Notes under the pieces: generated by a model
The model's database searches: none
What the model was told of the DNA's origin: nothing
The model's input: the letters and a program-made list of their open reading frames with translations, nothing else
Source: Octopus vulgaris
Taxonomy: Eukaryota
DNA: 64,000 nucleotides
Assembly: GCA_951406725.2 (NCBI GenBank)
Contig: OX597832.1
Span: forward strand, 56,048,001 to 56,112,000
Direction: 5' to 3'
Position numbers and translations under genes: made by a program
Shown: positions 26,052 through 40,006 of the stretch, one piece after another
Numbering within the stretch: the first letter of the stretch is position 1
How the letters are laid out: every line of letters begins with the position of its first letter

Positions 26052-26097
<46 letters not shown>

Positions 26098-26285
26098 TTA
26101 CTACTACTACTATTACTACTACTACTACTACAACCGCAGCTGCTGCTACTACTTCTACTACTACTATTACCACCACCAGCACCAACACCGCCACAACCAC
26201 CACCACCACCACTACTACTACTACTACTACCACAACCACCACCACCACCACCACCACCACTACTACCACAAGCACCACCACCACC

Positions 26286-26326
<41 letters not shown>

Positions 26327-26336
26327 CACAACCACA

Positions 26337-26379
<43 letters not shown>

Positions 26380-26464
26380 TTCCTACTGCAGCTGCTGTTG
26401 CTACCACCACAACTACCACTATCACTTCCACCACCACCACCGCCGCCGCCGCCACCACCACCAA

Positions 26465-26557
<93 letters not shown>

Positions 26558-26615
26558 CATCAGCACCACCACCAATACCACTGTTACTGCAGCTGCTACT
26601 GCTGTTGGTGCTGCT
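25968..26615. repeat. (CTA)n/(CCA)n/(CTG)n compound trinucleotide tract
   Basis: Seen directly; it is the source of the poly-T/S/Y/L/V ORFs. Confidence 0.97.
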
Positions 26616-27093
26616 ATCTTTTATTACTGAAATGAAACCGCTTGAGTGTGTAAAGCGTGTCAGAGTATGTAAGTGCTTTTCTCCACATGTATGTGTGTGT
26701 AAGTGTATGCTTCGGAGTGTGTGAGAATGTGCGCGTGTGTGTGTGTGTGTGTGTGTGTGTGTATTTGTATGTCCGTACACGTCTATGTTTGTATGTATTT
26801 CTTTTATTCTTTTTTTCTTTTACTTGTTTCATTCATTTGTCCGTGGCCATGCTGGAGAACCACGTTAAGTATGGATGCATGTATGCGTGTATGCATGTAT
26901 GCATGTATGTATATATGTATGTCTGTATACATGTACGTACGTATGCACGTATGCCTGCATGCATGTATCTATCCAACATTCTGTCTATCTATCGATCTAT
27001 CGATCTATCTATCTAGCTATATAGATTTATCTAACGACACACGCATGTATGTATGTATGTATGTATGTATCTATCAATCTATCTATCTAACAT

Positions 27094-27125
<32 letters not shown>

Positions 27126-27747
27126 TCTCGTTAGCTAGCTATCGGTTTAACAACATACGCATGTATGTATGTATATATGTATGTATGTATGCATGTATGT
27201 ATGTATGTATGTATGTATCTATGTATGCATGTACGTACGCATGCATGCATGCATGCTGCCGGTGTATGCGTACATACATGCATGGCACGCATGCGTGCAT
27301 GTGTTTGTATAACTAATTACCTTTGATGATCAGCAGCGGGAACGAAATTATTCTACGATATTCCAAGTAATTTCCATTGCAAAATATCCATTCCATTATT
27401 CTATTATTCTGCGCCGGTCTGGCACCAAATGTCATAGGGTGGTTCCTTGCAGCAATATTTATCCAAATATAATTACAACAAAGCAGACATATTTAATTTA
27501 TATTTATATGAAAGTCAACTCTTTGGAAGAGACGGCGGCCATGATGGCGAGGTGGAAATAATCTCTGCCAACAGAAATTATCATTGTCTGCCGATGGATT
27601 TAGTTTCATGGTGGATATTTCTTCAGTCATAATGATATATGATCTGCTTTTTCAATATAGCTATTTGGTACCTAGTATCTATATTTGCTTCTTCTAGTTC
27701 TCTCTCTCTCTCTCTCTCTCCCTCCCTCCTTCCTTCCATCTTTCTTT

Positions 27748-27857
<110 letters not shown>

Positions 27858-28142
27858 CTATGTATGTATGTACTATATATGCACACACATGTACACATGT
27901 CATAGTACATATATAATGGCAAATACATCCAGTGAATGTGGGTGGGGAGTACGCGCGCGGACAACCATTTATATATAGCCATATAGAGAGGTAGAAATAT
28001 ATAGAGAAAACCCATCATACGATCAAGTAAGAATTCAATATACATTTAAATGTTTCGGCTATGTATTTGTATGTTATTCCTAACATACATTCACACAGAC
28101 ACATACAGGCATATACATATTTACACACACACACATACATAC

Positions 28143-28183
<41 letters not shown>

Positions 28184-28352
28184 ATATATATATATATATA
28201 TGGGGAGCATGCATATATATAGAGCCTAGAGAGACAAATATATATATGTATCTATATCTTTAAATGTTTATTTTTAGTATCTATACATACACAGACACAT
28301 ATATATAGAGTAGAGAGAGACAGAGATAGATAGATAGATAGATGTGTGAGTG

Positions 28353-28433
<81 letters not shown>

Positions 28434-28519
28434 GGTGCGTGCACGCACACGGATGTATGCTCCGTGTCATTTAATATTCTATAGCCGAATGTTGAAATGT
28501 TGAAAGCGATATATCTCTA

Positions 28520-28568
<49 letters not shown>

Positions 28569-28819
28569 TCTATGAGTGTTTTTGTATATATATATATAAT
28601 ATATTCATATATCTGTTTTTATGTCGAGTTATCGAATTATAATAAAAGCAATTTTATATATTCATCTGAAGAATTAGGCGATAGTTTTTATCGACTACAT
28701 ATTAGATATACATTTACAAGTAGAGTGGTGACAGTGGCTTCCAAATTTCACCCTACTTGGCCTTCATCACTCAATATGATGAAGTCTAACAGGCCGAAAC
28801 GTCGAAGTCATTGCTACCC

Positions 28820-29420
28820 CTCTTCTTATAAAAGTGTGTTTCTGTATTTGTGTGTGCGCGCGCGTGTCCTCCACCACTACTCGGCACACAGTATTGGGTT
28901 GTCTACGCCCCCGTCATTTAACGGGTTGGCAAAAGAGACAGATTGATTATTAAAAGAATCTAGAATTATCAAAACTTAGATTATTAAAAGGTTTAGATTT
29001 CTTCGACTAAAACCTTCGAAACAGTGCCACAGCATGGCCGCAGTCCAATGAAGAAGACAAGTTAAAAGCTGAAAATGAAGGCCAAATAAAGTTCAAATTC
29101 TGCCGAGGTCGACTTTGCCTTTCATCCTTTCGGGATCTATAAAATAATAAGTGCCAGTTACGCACTGGGTCGATATAATCGACTTAATCCGTTTGTCTGT
29201 CCTTGTTTGTTCTCTCTGTGTTTAACCCCTTGTGGGTAGTAAAGAAATAGGTATTTCGCCCGTCGCTACGTTCCGAGTTCAAATTCCGCCGAAGTCGACT
29301 TTACATTTCACCCTTTGGGGATCGATAAAATAAGTACCAGTGAAACACTGGGGAGGGGGGTCAATGTAATCGTCTTGTCCCTTCCCCCAAAATTACTGCC
29401 CTTGTGGCAAAATTTGAAAA
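28820..29420 (+). mobile_element. family-B SINE tail followed by a family-A dimer
   Basis: B tail ..CCACAGCATGGCCGCAGTC; the A cores are joined at AAAGAAATAG|GTATTTCG (29250/29251). Confidence 0.8.
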
Positions 29421-29462
<42 letters not shown>

Positions 29463-29465
29463 TAC

Positions 29466-29531
<66 letters not shown>

Positions 29532-30307
29532 CATCATTATTATTATTATTATTATAAATGACGTCGTTTATTGCTACTTGGCAATCGTTATTAAAAGACA
29601 TTATCTTCCGCAATATTCATTGCCTTTGTTTCTGTTTTTTTTTTTTTATTGATTAATGTTTGTTTGTTCATCTGTTTGCCATTTTATTTATACATTATTA
29701 CATTATATCATATCATATCGTATTAAATTATATCGCATTATATTATAACATATTATATTATACCATATTATATCACGTTATTTTATATTATATTACGACA
29801 TCTTCGCTAATTATGTTCATCTTTACATATTTACTCTATATTCGATTATTCTTCTCCGTTTCGTTTAGTTCGTTATTTATTCTGCTATTCTCTATTTCCT
29901 GTTCTTCGGCAATATTTCATCATTAATATTGAAACTTGCGATAGACGCAGTGGGCGGTGGGTTGGCGGAAACAGTGGTGGAGCGCGCTAGACTAGAAACC
30001 GTCTTGTTTCCGTTTACTTGTTTCAGTCATTAGATTGCGGCCGTGATGGGGCACCTCATTGAAGGGTTTCAGTCGAACGAATCGACTCCTGCGTTAATGC
30101 ATTTTTAGGTTACGGAGGGTGTAAACAAACCAACGTCGGCCGTCAAACGTGAAGGAGCACAAATTCAAATACATACACACATACAATTACAACCACATAC
30201 ACACGCATGCAACCACCCGCCCTCACACACAAAACACACACACACACATACACACACGCACATATAAATAGATATAGGGATATATACGCACATATATATA
30301 CATATAT

Positions 30308-30596
30308 GTGTAGAGGTGCAATGGCCCAATGGTTAGGGCAGCGGACTCGCGGTCGTAGGATCGCGGTTTCGATTCCTAAACTGTTTATTGAGCGAAAACA
30401 CCTAAAGCTCCACGACTCCGGTAGCGATCCCTGCTGTACTCTTCGCCACAACATTTTCTCACTCTTTCTTCTGTTGGCCTGCTCGCTTAGCCAGCGGGAT
30501 GACGTCATTTGAAGGCTAAAACAATGCGAAGCGCATTTTGACCAGCGATGTGTAGCAACATCTGATAGCCTGGTCGGTCACGGTGATCACGGTGAT
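30308..30596 (+). mobile_element. family-C SINE with tail ending in (CACGGTGAT)2
   Basis: Head TGGCCCAATGGTTAGGGCAGCGGACTCGCGG. The same tail occurs alone at about 5815-5925. Confidence 0.88.
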
Positions 30597-30631
30597 ATAT
30601 GTATGCGTGTGTGTGTGTGTGTGTGTTATTA

Positions 30632-30667
<36 letters not shown>

Positions 30668-30714
30668 TGTATGTATGTATGTATGTATGTATGCATGTAT
30701 GTATATAGATAGAT

Positions 30715-31040
30715 ATGAAGATGCCTGGCTTTATGGTTCGGATATTTGGCTCACGGTCGTAAGGTCGTGAGTTCAATTCCCGGCGACGTGTTGTGTCCTT
30801 GAGCAAGACACTTTATTTTCACGTGGTTCCAGTTTGCTCAGCTGGCAAAAATGTGTAGGATCTGTATTTCAAAGGGCCAGCCTTGTCACACTCTGTGTCA
30901 TGCTAAATCTCCCTGAGAACTGCGTTAAGGGTACGCGTGACTGTGGAATACTCAACTACTCGCACGTTAATTTCACGAGCAGGCAGTTCCGTTGATCATA
31001 TCAGCTGGGACCCTCGTCTTCGTAACCGACGGAGTGCTCC
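30715..31040 (+). mobile_element. full-length family-D SINE
   Basis: A/B-box-like head with GAGTTCAATTCC and a CCTTGAGCAAGACACTT central motif. Confidence 0.88.
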
Positions 31041-31659
31041 TATACAGATAGATAGATGTACATATATATACTACTGGCTTCCACACAGTTTCCGTCTAGA
31101 ATACAATTGCCCAAAGTGCTGCTATGTGGGACTAAACCGAAAAGTACGTGACTTCAAAGCCAGCTTTTTAACCAACGTCATGCCTACATTTTGAATATCA
31201 TAGAATATCTAATTTTGTCGTCCTTGGCCCAATCTAAGCTTGGAAGTCACATCAGAGTTTATAAAATAAGTACAAGTAATCATTTTTCCCCGATCAATTC
31301 AATCGACTCAACGATCTCTCAGCGGAAACTGATCTCGTTCCAAGCAGAAGAAGAAACAGCAATGAATGTTTGCCGAGCATTAGAAGCTATTAACAAACTA
31401 ATGCGGTGCTGTTTGTCGGGGTCATTAGCGCTTCTTCCGTAGCAGCTCCATCCTGGTACTTGACGTTTTGAGTTCAAATTCTGGCGGCGAGATCAGAGTT
31501 GCAGACGTGGGTAAGTAGTAAGAAATTTGCTTTCAAGTACATATCTATATATTCGTACGCTAAGAGAGAGGGAGAGAGAGAAGGGTAGAAAGGGGGAGAG
31601 AGCGAGAGATTGTTGAAAGTCTTCTAAACTGAAGACATTCGTTTTGAGAAAACATTTCT

Positions 31660-31870
31660 TACAGATAATACAGTTCCATATTTAAGAGATGAGGAATTAT
31701 GTACATTAATAACATTATTTACATTTGACGGATATTTGTCCTCATCTTGTTTTTTTTGTTAACACAACGTTTCGGCTGATGAAGGCTGGAGGCTAAATCA
31801 GCCGAAACGTTGTGTTAACAAAAAAAACAAGATGAGGACAAATATCCGTCAAATGTAAATAATGTAAATG
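31660..31870. mobile_element. Penelope-like pseudo-LTR remnant arranged as a perfect 69-bp inverted repeat
   Basis: Arms 31712-31780 and 31797-31865 are exact reverse complements. The sequence matches the end of the PLE remnant at 56995-57080. Confidence 0.8.
31776..31814 (+). ncRNA. minimal hammerhead ribozyme core (stem I replaced by the inverted arm)
   Basis: CUGAUGA-A-GGCUG(GAGGCUAAAU)CAGCC-GAAA-CG-UU. Confidence 0.6.
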
Positions 31871-31934
31871 AATTTTCTTATAGATGTTTAATATTAAAAA
31901 CACAGAATTATATCAGCGAAGAGAGTGGATATTA

Positions 31935-31975
31935 GCTACTGATGAAGCTCAAAGAAGCAGAAATCCGGATTTAGT
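31935..31975 (+). ncRNA. minimal type I hammerhead ribozyme candidate
   Basis: gcua-CUGAUGA-A-GCU(CAAAGA)AGC-A-GAAA-U(CCGG)A-UU-uagu: both core boxes, a palindromic stem III loop and a 4-bp stem I. Confidence 0.55.
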
Positions 31976-32096
31976 ATGCCACCACCTTTACTGGGTGATC
32001 TTTCCTTACAGCTGTTACGTTTCTGAATTTGTTTTTAAGAACATATAATAGATACTTTGTCGAGATAAATACCGTAGTTTAGAAGGCTGTCAATAG

Positions 32097-33725
32097 TATG
32101 AATGTATGTATGTATGTATGTATGTATGTATGTATGTATGTATGTATTTATGTATGTATGTATGTATGTATGTATGTATGTGTGTATATATGTATGTATG
32201 TATGTGTGCGTGTATGTATGTATGCATGTATGTGTGTATGTATGTATGTATGTGTGTGTGTATGTATGTATGTATGTATGTGTGTATGTATGTATGTATG
32301 TATGTATGTATGTATGTATGTATGTATGTATGTATGTATGTATGTATGTATGTATATGTATGTATGTGTGTATGTATGTATGTATGTATGTACGTACGTA
32401 TGTATGTATGTATGTATGTATGTATTTATGTATGTATGTATGTATGTATGTATGTATGTGTGTATATATGTATGTATGTATGTGTGCGTGTATGTATGTA
32501 TGCATGTATGTGTGTATGTATGTATGTATGTATGTGTGTGTGTATGTATGTATGTATGTATGTGTGTATGTATGTATGTATGTATGTATGTGTGTATGTA
32601 TGTATGTATGTATGTATGTGTGTATGTATGTATGTGTATATGTATGTATGTATGTGTGTATGTATGTATGTATGTATGTACGTACGTATGTATGTATGTA
32701 TGTATGTATGTATGTATGTATGTATGTATGTATGTATGTACGTACGTACGTACGTACGTATGTATGTATGTATGTATGTATGTATGTATAGGTATGTAGG
32801 TAGGTAGGTGGGTAGGTAGGTAGGTAGGTAGGTAGGTAGGTAGGTAGGTAGGTAGGTAGGTGGGTAGTGGGTGGGTAGGTAGGTAGGTAGGTAGGTAGGT
32901 AGGTAGGTAGGTGGGTGGTAGGTAGGTAGGTAGGTAGGTGGGTAGGTAGGTAGGTAGGTAGGTAGGTAGGTAGGTGGGTGGGTAGGTAGGTAGGTAGGTA
33001 GGTGGGTGGGAGGTAGGTAGTAGGTAGGGAAGTAGGTAGGTAGGTAGGTAGGTAGGTAGGTAGGTAGGTAGGCAGGCGGGTAGGTAGGTAGGTAGGTAGG
33101 TAGGTAGGTGGGTATGTAGGTAGGTAGATAGGTATGCAGGCAGGTAGGTAGGTAGGTAGGTAGGTAGGTAGGTGGGTAGGTAGGTAGGTAGGTAGGTGGG
33201 TAGGTAGGTATGTAGGTAAGTAGGTAAGTAGGTTGGTAGGTAGGTAGGTAGGTTGGTAGGTAGGTAGGTTGGTAGGTAGGTAGGTAGGTAGGTATGTAGG
33301 TAGGTAGGTAGGTAGGTAGGTAGGTAGGTAGGTAGGTAGGTAGGTAAGTAGGTGGGTATGTATGTAGGTAGGTAGGTAGGTAGGCAGGTAGGTAGGTAAG
33401 TAGGTAGGTAGGTAGGTAGGTAAGTAGGTAGGTAGGTAGGTAGGTAGGAAGGTGGGTAGGTAGGTAGGTATGTGGGTAGGTAGGTAAGTGGGTAGGTAGG
33501 TAGTAGGTAGGTAAATAGGTAGCTGGGTAGGTAGGTAGGAGGGTAGGTAGGTGGGTAGGTTGGTAGGTGGGTAGGTAGGTAGGTAATTAGGTATGTAGGT
33601 AGGTAGGTTGGTAGGTAGGTAGGTAGGTAGGTAGGTAGGTAGATAGGTAGGTCGGTAGGTAGGTAGGTAGGTAGGTAGGTAGGTAGGTAGGTAGGTAGGT
33701 AGGTAGGTGGGTAGGTAGGTAGGTA
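32097..33725. repeat. 1.6-kb (TATG)n then (TAGG)n tetranucleotide tract
   Basis: Seen directly; it explains the 574-aa [11 protein letters not shown]. Confidence 0.98.
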
Positions 33726-33729
33726 AATA

Positions 33730-34000
33730 TAAAGACTCCCTTCGGTTACAAATGACCATGGGATTGCATCAAGGAAGTTCCCGTTCGAGGCACAAGTCCG
33801 GGCAAGTCACCCATGCAGACCAGAGTCCCTTCTCCACGCCACTGAATGCGACGTCGCAACTCATTTCTACAGCTGAGTGAACTGGAGCAACGTGGAAATA
33901 AAGAATCATGTTCAAGAACACAGCACACAGTCCGATCCGGGACACGAAACAACATCCTCACGGTTGAAAGCTCGACAGTCTAACCAATGAGCCATGCGCC
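33730..34000 (-). mobile_element. family-D SINE with a different (possibly RTE-derived) tail; also at 38030-38355 and 60740-61073
   Basis: Shared segments GACCATGGG.TTGCA and CAACTCATTTC.ACAG..AACTGGAGCAA, plus a tRNA-like head. Confidence 0.8.
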
Positions 34001-34027
34001 TTTGTGTTTGTGTGTGCGTGTAAGTGC

Positions 34028-34117
<90 letters not shown>

Positions 34118-34733
34118 GTGTGCATATACACATACACATTACGTATATACACGAATAGCTACGATAAAATCCAATGGCATCAATGTAAACATTTCCATGT
34201 AATTCGTTTTGTTCGCTGAAATCTGATAGTGTTGTATTTGTGTAGCTAAGAAATTACATCATTATAGCCTTTCTTTGTTTCCTTTTTATGAAATCCAATT
34301 CTAATCAATAAAGCCAAAATATAAAATTTTTGTTGACTTAATAACATCACAGGATCTCCCTTCCTTTCCAAAAACGATCGCTTACGATTCTGTTTTCGTC
34401 GCAGTAAATCGTTTGTTCTGACGAGTTCTATTTTCGAGACAAAATTCATCTCGGAGATATTGTAATGGCGGCAAAAGCAAAGCCTAAAAACATATATTTA
34501 TTTTTTTATTTATTTATTTATTTATTTATTTCAATCGTAGACGCAAGCGTAGCTGTGTAGCAGGATGCTAGCTTCCCAACGATGTTCCCTTGGGTTCGGT
34601 CCCACTGCGCCGCACCTTAGGCAAGTGTCTTCCATCCACCATAGCCCCGTGCCGACTGAAGTCTTGTGAGTGGATTTGGTAGACGGAAATTAAAAGACGA
34701 AGCCCGTCGTATGTATGTGTGTGTGTATGTATG

Positions 34734-34767
<34 letters not shown>

Positions 34768-34839
34768 TGTATGTATGTATGTATGTATGTATGTATGTAT
34801 GTATGTACGTACGTACGTACGTATGTATGTATGCATGCA

Positions 34840-34898
<59 letters not shown>

Positions 34899-35010
34899 TG
34901 GACCGCTGAACTCTAAAAGTTATTTCCTTCTCTCTCTGTTTATTTTTCGCACAATTCCACCCAGCCGTTTGACCGTTAATCCTAAGACAAGAAAGAACCG
35001 CTCATGTCAA

Positions 35011-35086
<76 letters not shown>

Positions 35087-35087
35087 A

Positions 35088-35164
<77 letters not shown>

Positions 35165-35179
35165 AAATAAGGATTCAGA

Positions 35180-35690
35180 TAAATTCGGCGGAATTTGAAC
35201 TCAGAACATAAATACGGTAATTCATCCTGTGCGCTAACGTTCACCGCCTTTATAGTAATGATGCCACAAGGGTATCCATTTTGGGAGAGGGGATAAGTCG
35301 ATTACATCGACCTCCAGTGTTTCACTGGTACGCAATTTATCGACCCTGAAAGGAAAAAAGGTAAATTCGACCTCGGTGAAATTTGAATTTAGAACGTAAG
35401 GACGGACGAAATGCCGCTAAGCACTTTGCCCGACGTGCTAACGTCTCTGCCAGCTCGCCGCCTTTTTAATAATAATCCTCTCTACTATAAGCACAAGGCC
35501 TGGAATTTGGGGGGAGGGGTCAGTCGATTACATCGACCCCAGTACGCAACTGTTACTTAATTTATCGACTCCCAAAAGGATGAAAGGCAAAGTCGACCTC
35601 GGCGGAATTTGAACTCAGAACATAAAAGACAGACGAAAAGCCGTTAAGTAGTTCACCCGGTGTGCTAACGTCTCTGCCAGCTCGCCGCCT
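35180..35690 (-). mobile_element. tandem family-A SINEs (one fragment plus two near-full copies)
   Basis: Heads GCCAGCTCGCCGCCT (plus-strand reading) at about 35460 and 35690. Confidence 0.88.
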
Positions 35691-35702
35691 TAATGCTGAT
35701 GT

Positions 35703-35743
35703 TAATGATGATTATAATAATAATAATGATAATAATAATAATG

Positions 35744-35776
<33 letters not shown>

Positions 35777-35779
35777 GTA

Positions 35780-35824
<45 letters not shown>

Positions 35825-35827
35825 GTA

Positions 35828-35863
<36 letters not shown>

Positions 35864-35884
35864 GTAATAGTAATAGTAATAATG

Positions 35885-35954
<70 letters not shown>

Positions 35955-35992
35955 TAATAATAATAATAATAATAATAACAATGATAATAATG

Positions 35993-36068
<76 letters not shown>

Positions 36069-36106
36069 TAATAATAATAATAATAATAATAACAATGATA
36101 ATAATG

Positions 36107-36185
<79 letters not shown>

Positions 36186-36223
36186 TAATAATAATAATAA
36201 TAATAATAACAATGATAATAATG

Positions 36224-36296
<73 letters not shown>

Positions 36297-36334
36297 TAAT
36301 AATAATAATAATAATAATAACAATGATAATAATG

Positions 36335-36376
<42 letters not shown>

Positions 36377-36400
36377 TTAATAATAACAATAATAATAATA
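35703..36400. repeat. (AAT)n tract with ~115-bp higher-order periodicity
   Basis: The variant block AAC-AAT-GAT-AAT-AAT-GAT recurs at about 35977, 36091, 36208 and 36319. Confidence 0.9.
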
Positions 36401-37282
36401 TTTAATATTTAATATTTGATTAATTTACTGCGTGCGAGACGACAGCAATTGAAGCTTAATGAAAACTTTGTCAATTTTTATTGACAGTCAGGTATTTTGA
36501 ACTCAGAGTGTGTGAGCGGTGGTTTATTATTGTATTGTATTGATGTTGTGTAACATAGAATTAAAGAACATTGATTCGGTAAGAAATATGACTGACATCA
36601 AAGCTGTGGGACGTTAAAGTTCCATAGATAAATCAAAGAGAATATTGTTAGTTAATTGACCAATATATCTCACAAGTGTTCATTTAATATTTAGACAATA
36701 ACGATGAAATGGAACGCACGAGTTTCACTCTCAAGGGAGATAACCTCCCGCACATTTCACAATAGGCTTCAAAGACAAAAGAAGGGTTTGAAGATTTACG
36801 GCTTTCCAAATGGCTCTGCTGGTAAACTGGTGATTCATGCTTCCCACAAACCATAAATTTACTGGTTATTTCTTTGAAACTATTAATATCGTCATTATCG
36901 AAGTGGCTTTGATAGCGTTTTATAATGAGCTGAGAACCAAATAAAGTTTTTATTTTCATCATTGTAACTGTAAGAAAATAGAGACTACCATGTTTCAGCG
37001 CAATAGTTTGAAGAAGTATTTTTCTAAAATACAACACGCTCTTTCTGATCGTCCACAAATTAGCGGAGCCCCCTTACATTCGAACCAAAGAAGGATCCTA
37101 CACGCGGTTGCGTGGTCTACTAAATATAGTATACAACAAGGACGTGCCATCTAGGTAGGCAAGGCAGGCAATGCCTACCTTGAATAAAATAGATCGTTAG
37201 CAACATTTTCCTTTTATGACAAAATATGCACCTAATTCAATAAAATTTTGAAGGGTTACTCTGCTTACTATGCATAAAATGC

Positions 37283-37351
<69 letters not shown>

Positions 37352-37652
37352 GAATTTTTCCTTGTGTAGTTGTCTTGTACTCTGTTTTTTCGTTGTTAAA
37401 AAAATGGTCCGTTCCATGCTGTTTTTACGTTTTCGTTTCTCGTTGAGTTCTACGTCTATTTGTGGTGTCCTGTACACACGTATATATATTTATATATGCA
37501 TGTATATATACATGTTGATGTAGGTACGTACATATATGTTTGTATGTATGCATATATTTTATTTATTACACTATTGTATGACTGAGTGCCTTCGCGTCGA
37601 TTCGATTCGATTCGTTTGGTTTCGTTTCGTTTCTTCTTCTTCTCTAAGCTGG

Positions 37653-37719
<67 letters not shown>

Positions 37720-38888
37720 AGATTAGATAGGCATAATTATCCACTGCTTTTCAATCTCATCATTAAAGCTACGCATAGTACTGCTGTAGTGCATATGCTG
37801 CGTGCATTCCTGCAACATCGTTTTCTTTACGTACTATAAAAGCAGAAGTAAATCTACCTTCAACTCGGTCGCGGGCTTATATTTCGCTTATATTTTTTTC
37901 TGTGTTTTACGACATAAAGGTCACCAACTGCCTAACCTGAGTAATAACTGACGGTACTGTTATACAAATCTCCCTAAAATCACACTTTATCTGTCTATGC
38001 GGTCGGGCGACTTGCCCAGACCAACGACCAACGTAACGCTTCCACACTAATGGAAGTACCTAGAAAGTTTCCCTCCGAGGCACAAGTCTGAGCAAGTTAG
38101 TTTATGGAAAACAAGCAGTCCCCCCATGCATACCAGCCTCCCCGCTCTATGCCACCAATGTTATCCAAAGGAAAAGCAAATGCCGATGCGGCTTGGCACC
38201 AGTGAGGTCGCAACTGATTTCTGCAGCTGAGGGAACTGGAGCAATTTGAACTAAAGTATCTTGCTCAGGAATGCACCCCAGAGCCCGGTCTGGGAATCGA
38301 ACTCACTACCTCATGATTGTGAGCCCGACGCGCTAATCATTGAGCCATCACGAAACACCTTATTGTCTTTAAACAAGGAGGAGAAATACTTATTGGATTG
38401 ATGTAGTTCTCGGTAAATTACGTTTGGAAACAAGTTGAGATAGTCATGGCTTGGACGCCAGAGGTCATAGATTTTCTCAGTGAGGACTGGCCGGAGAGTA
38501 AACAATAACAGCAACAACAACAATACCTTATTTTGAAACACGAATTCTGTTTCAGTCGATAGCTTAAACCAAAATTAAATACCGGGTCATTAGGAGAGGT
38601 TCGTACAGACTTAAAAGAAAAAATACAAAGAATGAAGAATCTTGATGCGTGGAGAGGAGAAGATGTTTCCAAGTTTTCAAGTAGGATCTTCCTTCGGCAA
38701 AGGAAGAGCTTAAATGTTTGGCTAATGTAAGTTTTTGTTCGCGGTATCTCAATTGGAATATTCCTCAGACGCATCAGTCTCAAGTGTATCAGGAATATCG
38801 TTAAAGTTTGGTCCATTTTTATTTTTAACCTTCCTCTAATCTCCATCTGGCAAGTCTAAACCATCGCAGATGTATGTATGTATGTATG

Positions 38889-38920
<32 letters not shown>

Positions 38921-39052
38921 TGTATGTGTATGTACGTGCGCCCGTGCATACATATCTAAATGTCTATATATATCTACATATATATGTGTATAAATGTGGG
39001 TCTATATATACATATATATTAAGGTTTTTCAAATATTAACGTTTCTTTATGC

Positions 39053-39101
<49 letters not shown>

Positions 39102-39137
39102 TACATATCTATCTATCTATCTATATATATATATATA

Positions 39138-39171
<34 letters not shown>

Positions 39172-39209
39172 TATATATATATATGTATATATATATATAC
39201 ATATTTATA

Positions 39210-39249
<40 letters not shown>

Positions 39250-39539
39250 ATGTGTATATATAATACATAGATACATACATAGCCACACACAAAGCGACAG
39301 AGAGAGAGAAAATGAGAGAGAGAGTGAATAAGTGAGTGAGTGAGTGAGTGAGTGAGTGTGTATTTAACGAGGGAGAGAGAGAGATTAACTTTGAATCTAG
39401 ACCAGTCGCCGTCTTGATTCGATAATCGTACCCGAACAATTCAAACGAAACATTGTCTAATGGCGGCTGATCGAATGTGCCGATCGAAACACAATCCACT
39501 ACATCCATCCACACCACCACCAATGCCACCACCACCACA

Positions 39540-39601
<62 letters not shown>

Positions 39602-39809
39602 CACTACTACCAGTAATAATAATGATCTTTTCTACCATAGGCACAAGGCTAGAAACTGTCAGTGGGGAAGGGGGCAAGTCGATTACATCGACCCCAGTGC
39701 GTAACTGGTACTTATTTCATCGACTCCAAAATTATGAAAGGCAAAGCCGACCTCGGCGGATTTTGAACTCTGAACGTAGCGACGGGTGAAATGTCGTTAA
39801 TGCATTTTG

Positions 39810-39890
<81 letters not shown>

Positions 39891-39912
39891 CAACAACAAC
39901 AACAACAACAAC

Positions 39913-39948
<36 letters not shown>

Positions 39949-39954
39949 AAAAAA

Positions 39955-40006
<52 letters not shown>

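Noticed and set aside
25802-26780. Mucin-like poly-Thr / poly-Ser ORFs
   Set aside because: Open in five frames over a pure trinucleotide tract, with no signal peptide or domain.
32035-33759. 574-aa ORF and the many YIHT/MYVC/poly-I/L/N/T ORFs across the window
   Set aside because: These are translations of stop-free microsatellites with no complex coding sequence.
36684-37058. 124-aa minus-strand ORF with an acceptor-like site at about 36968
   Set aside because: No recognisable domain or partner exon, so it cannot be supported.
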